Counted from the first letter of the stretch, positions 7,223 to 16,212 are shown. The stretch: DNA of 51,420 nt from Patescibacteria group bacterium (GCA_038065835.1 JBBTQB010000007.1:1-51420); one strand, 5' to 3'. The notes: generated by a model from the letters alone, not told the origin. Numbers and translations are program-made.

Positions 7223-8197
7223 TTAAAGGCCAATGAATTGCACTTCTATCTCTAATTCTATATTATATTTATTCTTAACCTTTTTCTTAATCAGTTCAAC
7301 TAATTTTAAAACATCTTTTGCTTTTGCTCCGCCTAAATTTACAATGTAATTTGAGTGCTTTTTTGAAATCTGGGCCTGGCCGATCTTTTTACCTGCCAAA
7401 CCGGCCCCAATAATAAACCAGGCTGAAGGTATAATCAAGAAAGGATCTTTTTTTACTTTGTCTAAAAAAAGTTTCTGTATTTTCAGCGTAACTTTTCTAA
7501 AGTCTACATTCTTAAATATGCTGCCTGCATTCGGGTATTCCAAGGGATGCTTTTCTTTCCGATATTCAATGTGAGAATTTGCGATATTTTTTAAATTCTT
7601 TTTAATTCCCTTAACTAGCTTTAACTCTGCTGAAATCACAGCCCAATTTTTTTCCTTGAAAATTGACGACCTATAAGAAAATCTGCATTGTTCATTAGAT
7701 AATTTCCTTAATCTCAATTTATTGTCTAATGCCTCAACTGTTAAAATTGAATCCTTTATTTCTCCGCCAAAAGCACCGGCGTTCCCCCTTATAGCTCCTC
7801 CAAATGTTCCGGGTAATCCCCCTGACCATTCTAGTCCCTGCAGGGATTTATCTATTGAAAACTGGACAACTTTACCCAGTTGAATGCCGGCTGGGGTCTG
7901 AATAATATTTCTCCTTTTTAAAATTATCGGCTCCTTATTTTGTAACTTAACTACCAATCCCTTTATTCCATTATCTGAAACTAAGAGATTACTTCCTCCG
8001 CCTAATACAAAAACCGGTAATTTTAACTTTTTAGCTATTCTTATGGCCCTTAAAAGATCTCTTCTTTTTCTTGCAAATAAAAAATACTCGGCAGGGCCGC
8101 CGATTTTAAAAGTTGTATGGTTTTTCATCAAAACATTTCTTTTTATACCTGTGAACTCCTTTTTAAGAATCAAAAAAGCATTATCGCCTCGTTTCAT
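7223..8197 (-). CDS. murB: UDP-N-acetylenolpyruvoylglucosamine reductase MurB
   Basis: 324-aa ORF. FAD-binding motifs FKIGGPAEYF and VLGGGSNLLVSD. C-terminal MurB domain (NAGSIFKN). Confidence 0.9.
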   Translation of the reverse strand: MKRGDNAFLILKKEFTGIKRNVLMKNHTTFKIGGPAEYFLFARKRRDLLRAIRIAKKLKLPVFVLGGGSNLLVSDNGIKGLVVKLQNKEPIILKRRNIIQTPAGIQLGKVVQFSIDKSLQGLEWSGGLPGTFGGAIRGNAGAFGGEIKDSILTVEALDNKLRLRKLSNEQCRFSYRSSIFKEKNWAVISAELKLVKGIKKNLKNIANSHIEYRKEKHPLEYPNAGSIFKNVDFRKVTLKIQKLFLDKVKKDPFLIIPSAWFIIGAGLAGKKIGQAQISKKHSNYIVNLGGAKAKDVLKLVELIKKKVKNKYNIELEIEVQFIGL

Positions 8198-8209
8198 GTT
8201 TCATGTTTC

Positions 8210-8268
8210 CCGCCTTCGCCAACCTGTCTGCGTGCGGATACGCACAGGCAGGAGCTATGGCGGGCAGG
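8210..8268. mobile_element. Family-C G+C-rich palindromic insert flanked by 8-bp direct repeats
   Basis: CATGTTTC at 8202-8209 and 8269-8276 flank a 59-nt imperfect palindrome (CCGCC...CCTGTCTGCGTGC-GGATAC-GCACAGGCAGG...GGCGG). It sits between the peptidase stop (8275) and the murB start (8197). Confidence 0.7.
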
Positions 8269-8274
8269 CATGTT

Positions 8275-9951
8275 TCATAACTTCAATAATTGATTAATTT
8301 TTGCTCTTGTTAAAACCCCCGCAAAGCCTGTTGATGAGATTTGGTACTTTTGTTGAAAACGAATTACTGCAGCTTTTGTAAGATTGCCAAAATACCCAGT
8401 TATAAGGCCTTCGGGATAAATATTTGAATCCTGGACTTTTAAAAATTGCTGCAGACACTTTACTTGGTCGCTTGCTTTAACACCAATATAAAGATTAACG
8501 CTTATTAAAGAGCAAAAAGAATTTGCGCTACTCCCTGCTTGTAAAGTGGCGATTTGTTTTTTTAAATAATCAATTTGCGCCAAGAGTTTTTGGATTACAA
8601 GCTGGTCTTCCTCTGGTACAGCCCCCGTAATTGAAACTTTAAAGGTATAAGGATAAGTAAACTCAAATCCGTCAAATCCTGAAGTTTTGGTATGTAAAAA
8701 AGGCATAATAACCAGAGAATTATATTTACTTCCAAAATTTTTAATGCTGATTTCTCCTTTTTCTTTTTGGTCTAACTGTATGAAATTTATTGAATAATTG
8801 TTATCCTTGTCAAAAATTATGTAGGGAACTGTAAAATCGAGTCCGGGTATGCTTTCAAATTCAAGCTTTAAGTCTCCATTGCCACCAATAATTTTTTGCC
8901 AGTTCCCTGACCAATTTTTCGTAACATTAGTAACTGACAAAGAACTATTTCCAGATAAAGGCAAGAAATTAAGAATTGGATTTATTCTTAAATTAGAAAG
9001 ATTTTTATTTAAAAAGCAATATTTTAAATCAGGAGAACAGTAATTAAGTGTCATGGCTATAGTCCAATTTGTAAAAATCTGTTTGAAATCCTCTTTATAT
9101 CCATTTTTCAAAAGGAGTTCATTTATACTGGCTATACCAATCAGCTTAGATTTTAACGAATCAGCTAAAATATTTATTCCGTAATGGTCTACTAAATAAT
9201 GAAAAAAAACATTTACCACTCCGTAGTCATGTTTTGTTTCCTGCCATTCAGTTAAAGAATCTGAGGGTTTTTCCAAAAAATCTTTAACTCTTTTTGCAAG
9301 ATTACTACTATCGTAAATATTATTGTATCCTAAAATGGTTGAAGCATAGTCTGCCCTTGCTTCATTCAACCAAACTTCTTCTTGCACACCATGCACTCTG
9401 TCTTTTTGATTAAAAGTTATCAAGTGAACAAACTCATGAGCTAAAGCAACTTTTAGCCTGGGGAAATTATCAATGTGAGCAATTGGCAAATAAAGCATCT
9501 CTCTTTCATTTGAGATTGGAGTTTGCAGTTTTATGTGTTCGTCTGCCGAACGGAAGTATCCGCCAACTCCATCTTTCATTGAATGGAACAAAATGGTAAT
9601 TCTTTTGTCGCCATCAACTCCAGGATTCCATTCAGATCCAAAAACAGAAGTTAGGATTGGATATATAGTACTGCCAAACTCCAGAGATAGGGCGTCTATA
9701 TAAGCTAAGATTTCACTCTGTTTTGCCGGTAATTGCGCTTCCCACCAGTTTTTTTCAACATAAAAATAAAGATTGGGGTAAGTTTTTACTAAAGTTGCTG
9801 AAATTTGTGATTTTTCACTAACTTCGAAGTTTTTATCCACATTAAAGTTTACGTAATCACTTGCATTGGCGATTTTGGCGAACGAGAAACTAAAAAAGAC
9901 AAAAACTAATCCTATAACAAAAAAAACAATTCTATATTTTTTCTTAGGCAT
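8275..9951 (-). CDS. Secreted gluzincin-type metallopeptidase with C-terminal peptidoglycan-binding domain
   Basis: Start uncertain (MPKKKYRIVFFVIGLVFVFF signal/anchor from ATG 9951). HEFVH plus WLNEARADY (HExxH...NExxA). C-terminal PG_binding_1-like YFGNLTKAAVIRFQQKYQI. Confidence 0.6.
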   Translation of the reverse strand: MPKKKYRIVFFVIGLVFVFFSFSFAKIANASDYVNFNVDKNFEVSEKSQISATLVKTYPNLYFYVEKNWWEAQLPAKQSEILAYIDALSLEFGSTIYPILTSVFGSEWNPGVDGDKRITILFHSMKDGVGGYFRSADEHIKLQTPISNEREMLYLPIAHIDNFPRLKVALAHEFVHLITFNQKDRVHGVQEEVWLNEARADYASTILGYNNIYDSSNLAKRVKDFLEKPSDSLTEWQETKHDYGVVNVFFHYLVDHYGINILADSLKSKLIGIASINELLLKNGYKEDFKQIFTNWTIAMTLNYCSPDLKYCFLNKNLSNLRINPILNFLPLSGNSSLSVTNVTKNWSGNWQKIIGGNGDLKLEFESIPGLDFTVPYIIFDKDNNYSINFIQLDQKEKGEISIKNFGSKYNSLVIMPFLHTKTSGFDGFEFTYPYTFKVSITGAVPEEDQLVIQKLLAQIDYLKKQIATLQAGSSANSFCSLISVNLYIGVKASDQVKCLQQFLKVQDSNIYPEGLITGYFGNLTKAAVIRFQQKYQISSTGFAGVLTRAKINQLLKL

Positions 9952-10007
9952 CTTAAAATACATATTTAACTCTAACATATAAACAAAAAAACCTCTAAGC
10001 AACAGGT

Positions 10008-11864
10008 CTATTGGGTCTTATAATAGGGTGTAATATTTTTTAGGCCGGCAATAATTTCCTTGCTATTGCCTTTGTATAGTATATTTCTTAGTTTATTGAG
10101 ATCTTCCTTTATTGCATTAAAATTTACATCAGACATTTTTGCTATAAAAATCTTTTGGTTCTGCGTTACAACGGTTCCTTCTTCTGCCGTTAAAATTTCT
10201 TCGAATAATTTTTCCCCGGGTCTTATACCAGTAAAAACAATCGGTATATCCTTATCTGGTTTGTAACCTGATTGTTTAATCATTTCTTTTGCCAAGTTCA
10301 AAATTTTTATGGGTTTTCCCATATCTAAAACAAAAACTTCTCCTCCTTGGCCCATAGCTCCTGCCTGCATAACTAAAAGGCAGGCTTCAGAATTCAACAT
10401 AAAATATCTTTTCATTTCGGGATCCGTTACAGTAACTTCTTCTCCCCTTCTTATTTGCTCCCTGAATATCGGTATTACACTGCCCCTGCTATCCAAAACG
10501 TTTCCGAATCTTACTGAAATAAATTTCGTCTGATTTTTCTGATTATATGCCTGGCAAATCATTTCTCCGATTCTTTTGGTAGCCCCCATGACTGATATTG
10601 GGTTCACTGCTTTATCGGTGGAGATGAAAACAAGTTTCTCCACATCGCTTTGCAAGCTGGCTTTAACTAATATCTCAGTTCCAAAAATATTATTTTTAAC
10701 AGCTTGATCCGGCTGCATTTCCATTAAGGGTACGTGTTTGTAGGCCGCTGCGTGAAAAATTATCTGAGGCTTAAGGCTACTAAAAACATTTCTTATCTTT
10801 ATTTCATCTTTGATATCTGCAACGAATGATTTTATATCCAAACCGGAAAAATTTTTCTTGATTTCGCTTTCTACATTAAATATGCCTGTTTCATCTTGAT
10901 CCAAAAGTACTAACAAAGAAGGGTTAAACTTTGCAACTTGGCGTGACAGTTCAGAACCGATAGAGCCTGCGGCTCCAGTAATTAATACTCTTTTATCTCT
11001 TATAAAATTTTCAACTTGGCTTTTATCCAATGAAATCGGCTCCCTGCCTAATAAATTGCTGACATCAACATCTTTTAAGTTCTTTAAAGAAAGCTGGCTC
11101 TTGATAATAGCAAACACAGAAGGAACAATTTTTATTTTATACAAGCCGGCCTGTCGGCCTAGTTCAACTGCCTTTTTTATGAAATTATCGCCAGCCGAGG
11201 GAATGGCAATAATCAACTGCTTTATTTGGTGATTTTTGACAATATGGGGAATGTCTTGAATCTTGCCTAAAACCTTAATACCGTGGATTTTTACGCCTCT
11301 TTTAATAGGACTATCATCAACAAAACCAACAGGCAAGTAAGGATTTATTTTGGAAGATGAAATGTTTCTTAATATTTGCTCGCCGGCATCGCCAGCCCCA
11401 ACAATTAATGTCCTTTCTTTATTGGCCTTGCCACCTCTGCCTTTAATATTGAGATAAATCCTTTTAGAAAAACGAATCGCGCCACATAAGATAAAAACAA
11501 GAATATAACTTATAAAAATTGTTGATCGGGGAAAATTTTGAAAAAGGGGAAAATACTTGGAAATATAAATAGCAATAGCCCAAAAAATGAAGGCAATGGT
11601 GGTAGCTTTAAACAAAGATAAAGCCTCATTGACCGACACATAAGACCAGGAAAAAGAATACAATCTTTGGAAATAAAATATCGGTATAATAAAAACAACT
11701 GCCAGAATAGATAATCTCTCAATCAAAAAGTAATACCCGGGGGGAATCTCTCCCTCAAATCTTATAAAAAAAGAAAGCCAAATTGCCAAGGCAATAAAGA
11801 TAACATCGGCTAAAACAAAAAATAAAAATTTGATTATTGGATTTTCTTCAATTAAGTCCTTCAT
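10008..11864 (-). CDS. Membrane-anchored UDP-HexNAc 4,6-dehydratase (CapD/PglF/WbpM family)
   Basis: 618 aa. Four N-terminal helices, two Rossmann segments (LIVGAGDAGEQ, LITGAAGSIGSEL) and the CapD-type core. Confidence 0.85.
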   Translation of the reverse strand: MKDLIEENPIIKFLFFVLADVIFIALAIWLSFFIRFEGEIPPGYYFLIERLSILAVVFIIPIFYFQRLYSFSWSYVSVNEALSLFKATTIAFIFWAIAIYISKYFPLFQNFPRSTIFISYILVFILCGAIRFSKRIYLNIKGRGGKANKERTLIVGAGDAGEQILRNISSSKINPYLPVGFVDDSPIKRGVKIHGIKVLGKIQDIPHIVKNHQIKQLIIAIPSAGDNFIKKAVELGRQAGLYKIKIVPSVFAIIKSQLSLKNLKDVDVSNLLGREPISLDKSQVENFIRDKRVLITGAAGSIGSELSRQVAKFNPSLLVLLDQDETGIFNVESEIKKNFSGLDIKSFVADIKDEIKIRNVFSSLKPQIIFHAAAYKHVPLMEMQPDQAVKNNIFGTEILVKASLQSDVEKLVFISTDKAVNPISVMGATKRIGEMICQAYNQKNQTKFISVRFGNVLDSRGSVIPIFREQIRRGEEVTVTDPEMKRYFMLNSEACLLVMQAGAMGQGGEVFVLDMGKPIKILNLAKEMIKQSGYKPDKDIPIVFTGIRPGEKLFEEILTAEEGTVVTQNQKIFIAKMSDVNFNAIKEDLNKLRNILYKGNSKEIIAGLKNITPYYKTQ

Positions 11865-12982
11865 TTTATAATATTAAGCACTGCTTTTAATTGCCTAACC
11901 ACAAAGTCAATTTGGTTTTCCCGTAAGTCGTTAAAAAATGGCAGAGCAATGGTTCTTTTGCTGATATCCTCACACACGGGAAAATCACCTTCTTTAAACC
12001 CAAGTATTTCTTTATAAAACGGCTGTAAATGTATTGACTTATAATAATCTCTGGATTCTATTCCCCTTTCTTTAAGTTTTTCCATCACAATATCTCTTTT
12101 ACCAGCAGCGTTTCCGATTAACTTAATAACATATATCCACCAATGTAATTTAACATCTTTGGCAACATAGGGGATTTCTATATCTTTGATATATTTTAAT
12201 TTTTTATTGTATAACGATGCGGCTTTCTGCCGTTTTCTCATTGTATCTTTTATTCTTCTTAGCTGAGATAGTCCTACCGCACAGCTCATTTCGTTTAACC
12301 GATAGTTATAACCTAATCTTATGTGCTCTAACCATTTGCCGCCTTCAATTTTTCTCCCTTGGCTAGCTGAGCTTCTGCAAAAGTTAGCAATCTCTTCATT
12401 ATCAGTTAAGACCATTCCGCCTTCACCGATTGTAATTTGCTTGTTGGGCGAAAAAGCAAAAATACTAGCATCCCCAAAGTTTCCGCATCTTTTTCCCCTA
12501 TACTCACTGCCGACGGATTCAGCTGAATCTTCAATTAAAAATAGGTTATGTTTTTTGGCGATTTTACTTAAGGCATCCCAGTCGGCTGGATGAGCAAACA
12601 TGTCGGGCGCTAAAATTGCCTTGGTCTTTTGAGTAATACGTCTTTGGATAAGCTCAGGGTTGATATTAAGGGTATCACCCTTAATATCAACAAATACCGG
12701 TTTGGCTCTTTCAAATAAAATGCAATTAGCAGAGGCAATAAATGAAAAAGGACTGGTAATGACTTCATCACCGTCTTTAATGCCCAGTGCTCTTATAATT
12801 AAATGCAAGGCGCTGGTTCCGGAGTTTACAGCAACGGCATACTTTACGCCCGCAAAACCAGCCAATTTTTCCTCAAATTCTTTTACCTTGGGACCTATGG
12901 AAAGTTTTTGCGATCTCAAAACTTCTAAAACTTCTTTTATTTCTTTATTGGTAATATCCGCCTGAAAAAGAGGTACATTCAT
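11861..12982 (-). CDS. DegT/DnrJ/EryC1/StrS sugar aminotransferase (PglE-like)
   Basis: 373 aa. PLP-lysine context FAFSPNKQITIGEGGMVLT. 4-nt overlap with the dehydratase. Confidence 0.85.
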   Translation of the reverse strand: MNVPLFQADITNKEIKEVLEVLRSQKLSIGPKVKEFEEKLAGFAGVKYAVAVNSGTSALHLIIRALGIKDGDEVITSPFSFIASANCILFERAKPVFVDIKGDTLNINPELIQRRITQKTKAILAPDMFAHPADWDALSKIAKKHNLFLIEDSAESVGSEYRGKRCGNFGDASIFAFSPNKQITIGEGGMVLTDNEEIANFCRSSASQGRKIEGGKWLEHIRLGYNYRLNEMSCAVGLSQLRRIKDTMRKRQKAASLYNKKLKYIKDIEIPYVAKDVKLHWWIYVIKLIGNAAGKRDIVMEKLKERGIESRDYYKSIHLQPFYKEILGFKEGDFPVCEDISKRTIALPFFNDLRENQIDFVVRQLKAVLNIIK

Positions 12983-12986
12983 TAAT

Positions 12987-13391
12987 TTAGGATTTATGAT
13001 TTATTTTACGAACGACTTTTGCTGGAATCCCAAAAGCCACAACATTATCTGGAATGTCTTTGTTCACAAAACTAAAAGCTCCAACGATTGAATTTTTCCC
13101 GATAGCAACGCCTGGCATAACTACCGAGTGGCTCCCTATTTTGCAATTTTCTTTTAAAACAACTTTGGCATTTTTTTCTCCTATGCTGGAATAAGAATAT
13201 ATTGAGCAATGAGATCCTATTTGAACATAATCTTCAATTACAACACCGTTCTTGGCATTAATGTAAGTAAAAATTCCTATATCTGTTTTATATCCTAATT
13301 TTAGATTTTTTACATGCTGAACAACCCAGCCATATTTGGTTGGTTTCATTTCTTTAATCACCGGCTTTTTCCAATTTTTGAATCGTTCCAT
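12987..13391 (-). CDS. Left-handed beta-helix (hexapeptide) sugar N-acetyltransferase (PglD/WbbJ-like)
   Basis: Hexapeptide repeats IGSHCSIYSYSSIGEKNAKVVLKENCKIGSHSVVMPGVAIGKNSIVGAFSFV. ATG at 13391 preferred over GTG at 13400. Confidence 0.75.
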   Translation of the reverse strand: MERFKNWKKPVIKEMKPTKYGWVVQHVKNLKLGYKTDIGIFTYINAKNGVVIEDYVQIGSHCSIYSYSSIGEKNAKVVLKENCKIGSHSVVMPGVAIGKNSIVGAFSFVNKDIPDNVVAFGIPAKVVRKINHKS

Positions 13392-13400
13392 AGAAGTCAC

Positions 13401-13570
13401 GGAGGCAGGTCGCTCGCCTTATCGTCCTCGCTTCGCTCGGACTAGCTCCTCGACCCGCTTAGCGGGTCTTCGGTTCCGGCTCGCTCCTTAGAAACCCACG
13501 GTTTCTAACGTGTCCGCTTCGCGGCACTGTTTTCCTACACGGGGAAACCGAAGTTTCCCCGACCCCCTTC
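13401..13570. repeat. G+C-rich cluster of four or more stem-loops (intercistronic)
   Basis: GACCCGC-tta-GCGGGTC (13452-13468), TTAGAAACC-cac-GGTTTCTAA (13487-13507), CCGC-ttc-GCGG (13514-13524), CGGGGAAAC-cgaa-GTTTCCCCG (13540-13561). The last one is C(UUCG)G on the gene strand. Confidence 0.8.
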
Positions 13571-13603
13571 CAGTTGTATTAATAATAGTTAATCTAATAT
13601 GAA

Positions 13604-14269
13604 TTACTTATTAATTTCTCTTATTAACATAAACGCTTCAGCATATTCTAAGCCAGCTTCTATTCCCCTCTTCTTTGCTAAAATTTCTATTCCCTCCAGT
13701 GACCGGGGATGAGGATACTCTTTCAATTCGCTTTTGTAACAAGCCATGGCTTCTTTTTTGGCATCAACAAAACCTGAAATATCTTCGTAGTAATTTGGCA
13801 CGAACACGCTATCTCTGGGCATATTCCATTCAGTTTCAGATAACACTTCATAAGCAAATATTTTTTTTACTAATGATCCGGGTTTAGGACGAGCGGCAAC
13901 CAAACCAGCTCTGGAAACTATTTGATGGTCGTGGTTAATGTCGCCAAAAAATGGAATGTATAAAATTTGCGGTTTTAACTTTTCGCAAATTTTAATAAGC
14001 TGGTCGTTCAAGTCTTTTTGGGCAATAGTGTCCAGTCTCAAGGCTGGCAAATCCAAAAAGAAGGTTTCTTTAAAACCTAATGCCTTATTTGAGGCTTCTA
14101 TTTCCTTCTGTTTACTTGCAATATACTCCTCTGACCAATCGGGAACTCGAGGTTTTGTTATAATACAAAGATAAACCTCATCTCCGGATTCCACATATTT
14201 TTTAATTGTTCCTCCGCAACCCAAAACCTCGTCGTCTGGATGCGGAGCAATTACTAAGATTTTGCTCAT
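13604..14269 (-). CDS. PIG-L/LmbE family N-acetyl-sugar deacetylase
   Basis: 221 aa. Signature VIAPHPDDEVLGCGGT and a downstream HxDH-type histidine cluster (DINHDHQ). Confidence 0.8.
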   Translation of the reverse strand: MSKILVIAPHPDDEVLGCGGTIKKYVESGDEVYLCIITKPRVPDWSEEYIASKQKEIEASNKALGFKETFFLDLPALRLDTIAQKDLNDQLIKICEKLKPQILYIPFFGDINHDHQIVSRAGLVAARPKPGSLVKKIFAYEVLSETEWNMPRDSVFVPNYYEDISGFVDAKKEAMACYKSELKEYPHPRSLEGIEILAKKRGIEAGLEYAEAFMLIREINK

Positions 14270-14302
14270 CTTTTGCGAGCTTTAGCGAGCATAAAAGTGA
14301 GC

Positions 14303-14455
14303 ACCCCGCTCAAATTTTGCCATCGCAATTACTCTTCTTACGATAAATCTGGCTAAAAAATTTGGACTCTTACAACCTGCGTGGGGCGAATAGCCCCATC
14401 CCTTGTTGAGCGAAGCGGGTTGCCACCCAGCGTCTTGCAAAATTTGAGCTGGGGT
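14303..14455. repeat. Large family-F-like structured element in the leader of the PIG-L gene
   Basis: 18-19-nt inverted termini ACCCCGCTCAAATTTTGC (14303-14320) and GCAAAATTTGAGCTGGGGT (14437-14455), closely resembling family-F termini. Internal hairpin TGGGGC-gaata-GCCCCA. G+C-rich. Confidence 0.75.
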
Positions 14456-14519
14456 CATAATCATTTAATATATTTAATTTCTTTAATACTATCAGATTTT
14501 TTCCTTAAAGCAATAATTT

Positions 14520-14552
14520 AAATAAAAAATCCGCTGCAGCTTCCTGCAACGG
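14520..14552 (-). terminator. Rho-independent terminator after the WbqC gene
   Basis: Minus strand CCGTTGCAG-gaag-CTGCAGCGG followed by ATTTTTTATTT. Confidence 0.7.
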
Positions 14553-14690
14553 ATATGTTTAGTTGTCTAACTAAGCACAAGCGACAAGACTCCTTTTTTG
14601 TTCGTCAGAAAAATCTATCACAGAGTCTTACCCTTTCTTATAGAGTAACCCTTGATCCAATCAAAGAACCTTTTTAAGGATACCATACTA

Positions 14691-15443
14691 TTATAAATAG
14701 TCAATACTTTTCTTAATTACTTCAAGACTCTTCGGCCCTTCATTAAATAATAAATCAATTGCGGAAAGATTTTCCATAAATGGCTCAAATCTTTGGGGGT
14801 AAATTGGGTGTTTGAAGTCCGAAAAAACGAGCTTTAGATTATTATCTTTAAACTTTTCTATTTCAATATAGGATTTTCCACCTGATCCCGAAAGATAGCT
14901 GTTTGCCTTGAATTCCTTGCATAATTCAATTATTAAATCTGTTCTTTCCAGAACGGGATTTTTCGCTTCGCGAATAAATCTCGCGTTCAGACCTTTAAAA
15001 TCGTAATCAGAACTTTTGATAAGGGTGGTTTTAATGCCTAATTCCCTCTTGATATATTGAATGATAGTCTCGTTCAAATCCACCAATTTTTGCCATTTTT
15101 TTGAATAAAGCTTTTCAAAGAACCCGCTGTATTTGTCAAAAAATGGAGTTCTCTTGTAATTAAAATAAATAAGTTGCCAATGGTGTTTTGCCCAGGGAGT
15201 AGAATTGTCTATTTGAACTTCATTTATCTTTTGGTATCCCTTTTTGTTGGCAAGAACTGGCACTGTCAGCCAAACCCAGCCCTGAGAATTAGAGTTAGTT
15301 CTAATTCGGTTACGATTTTGAAATCCCTTTCTAGAGAATTGAAGATGGTCAACCAAAATAAATTCATCGGCTTTAGCCATCTTATAAAAAAAGCCGAGGT
15401 AAGGAAGGTATTCTGGCTGATGAGCAGAAATAGTCATAAACAT
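14691..15443 (-). CDS. WbqC-family protein (copy 1)
   Basis: 250 aa. N-terminal AHQPEYLPYLGFF and FQNRNRIRT are typical of PF08889. Confidence 0.75.
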   Translation of the reverse strand: MFMTISAHQPEYLPYLGFFYKMAKADEFILVDHLQFSRKGFQNRNRIRTNSNSQGWVWLTVPVLANKKGYQKINEVQIDNSTPWAKHHWQLIYFNYKRTPFFDKYSGFFEKLYSKKWQKLVDLNETIIQYIKRELGIKTTLIKSSDYDFKGLNARFIREAKNPVLERTDLIIELCKEFKANSYLSGSGGKSYIEIEKFKDNNLKLVFSDFKHPIYPQRFEPFMENLSAIDLLFNEGPKSLEVIKKSIDYL

Positions 15444-15450
15444 GACACAA

Positions 15451-15540
15451 ATCTACAAATTTAATGCAAATTTACAGATATGCGAATACGTATTTGCATA
15501 TTCGTAGATTGGCATTATTTGCATCGTATTCGTATCTTAC
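15451..15540. repeat. Family-D AT-rich repeat array (ATTCGTA / ATTTGCAT words, imperfect palindrome)
   Basis: Near-palindrome ATGCGAATACGTATTTGCAT (15480-15499). ATTTGCAT occurs three times (one inverted) and ATTCGTA twice to three times. Shares words with 38588-38672. Confidence 0.7.
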
Positions 15541-15543
15541 AAT

Positions 15544-16212
15544 TTATTCGGGGGGCTTGTTTACGCCCTCTTTACCATAAACTCCGCGTCTTGACAAAAC
15601 CGCAAAAAAACCTAAAAATAATATTTTAAAATCCAGCCAAAAAGACCGATTTTCAACATACCAGACATCTAATTCTAACCTTTCCCGCCAAGATGATACA
15701 AAACCTCTTCCTTTAATATCCACTAAACATATTAGGCCAGGTTTTACTGATACTCTCTTTTGCCAAAGTGTAGCTGGAAGAATATTTTGGTTAGGATACT
15801 GAGGTAGAGGCCTTGGCCCAACTAGACTCATTTCTCCTTTTAAAATATTAATAAATTGGGGCAGCTCATCAAGCGTCCATTCTCTTAAAAATCTGCCTAC
15901 TCTTGTAATGCGGAAATCATCTTTTGAAACTCCAAGACCTAAACCAATTTTTTCTGCATTTTCTACCATTGTTCTGAACTTTAAAAACTTAAATAACTTT
16001 CCATTCTTTCCTACTCTGTCTTGAATAAAAAAAATCGGGCCTTTAGAGTCCAACTTTATTAATAAGGCAATAAGTAAAAACAGAGGCATTAAAAAAACAA
16101 AGGCAATTAAAGTTATCGTGAAGTCAATTATATTTTTTACCCCGTTAAATAATTTTGCCTTTGGTAAAATTACCGCCCTGCGGTATTTAACTGGGTGAAT
16201 TTTTTCCTTCAT
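15544..16212 (-). CDS. Small monotopic phosphoglycosyltransferase (bacterial sugar transferase, PglC/WbaP C-terminal type), copy 1
   Basis: KLDSKGPIFFIQDRVGKNGKLFKFLKFRTM and DELPQFINILKGEMSLVGPRP. Residues about 5-25 are encoded by repeat 16139-16196. Confidence 0.85.
   Translation of the reverse strand: MKEKIHPVKYRRAVILPKAKLFNGVKNIIDFTITLIAFVFLMPLFLLIALLIKLDSKGPIFFIQDRVGKNGKLFKFLKFRTMVENAEKIGLGLGVSKDDFRITRVGRFLREWTLDELPQFINILKGEMSLVGPRPLPQYPNQNILPATLWQKRVSVKPGLICLVDIKGRGFVSSWRERLELDVWYVENRSFWLDFKILFLGFFAVLSRRGVYGKEGVNKPPE
16139..16196. repeat. Family-F structured element spanning the WbqC stop / PGT N-terminus
   Basis: Termini ACCCCGTTAAATA (16139-16151) and TATTTAACTGGGT (16184-16196). 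Inner hairpins ATTTTGCC-ttt-GGTAAAAT and TACCGC-cct-GCGGTA. Confidence 0.85.

Noticed and set aside
14282-14464. 60-aa ORF inside the G+C-rich leader element
   Set aside because: It coincides with a strongly base-paired element whose termini match a repeat family. No RBS. A small protein cannot be fully excluded.
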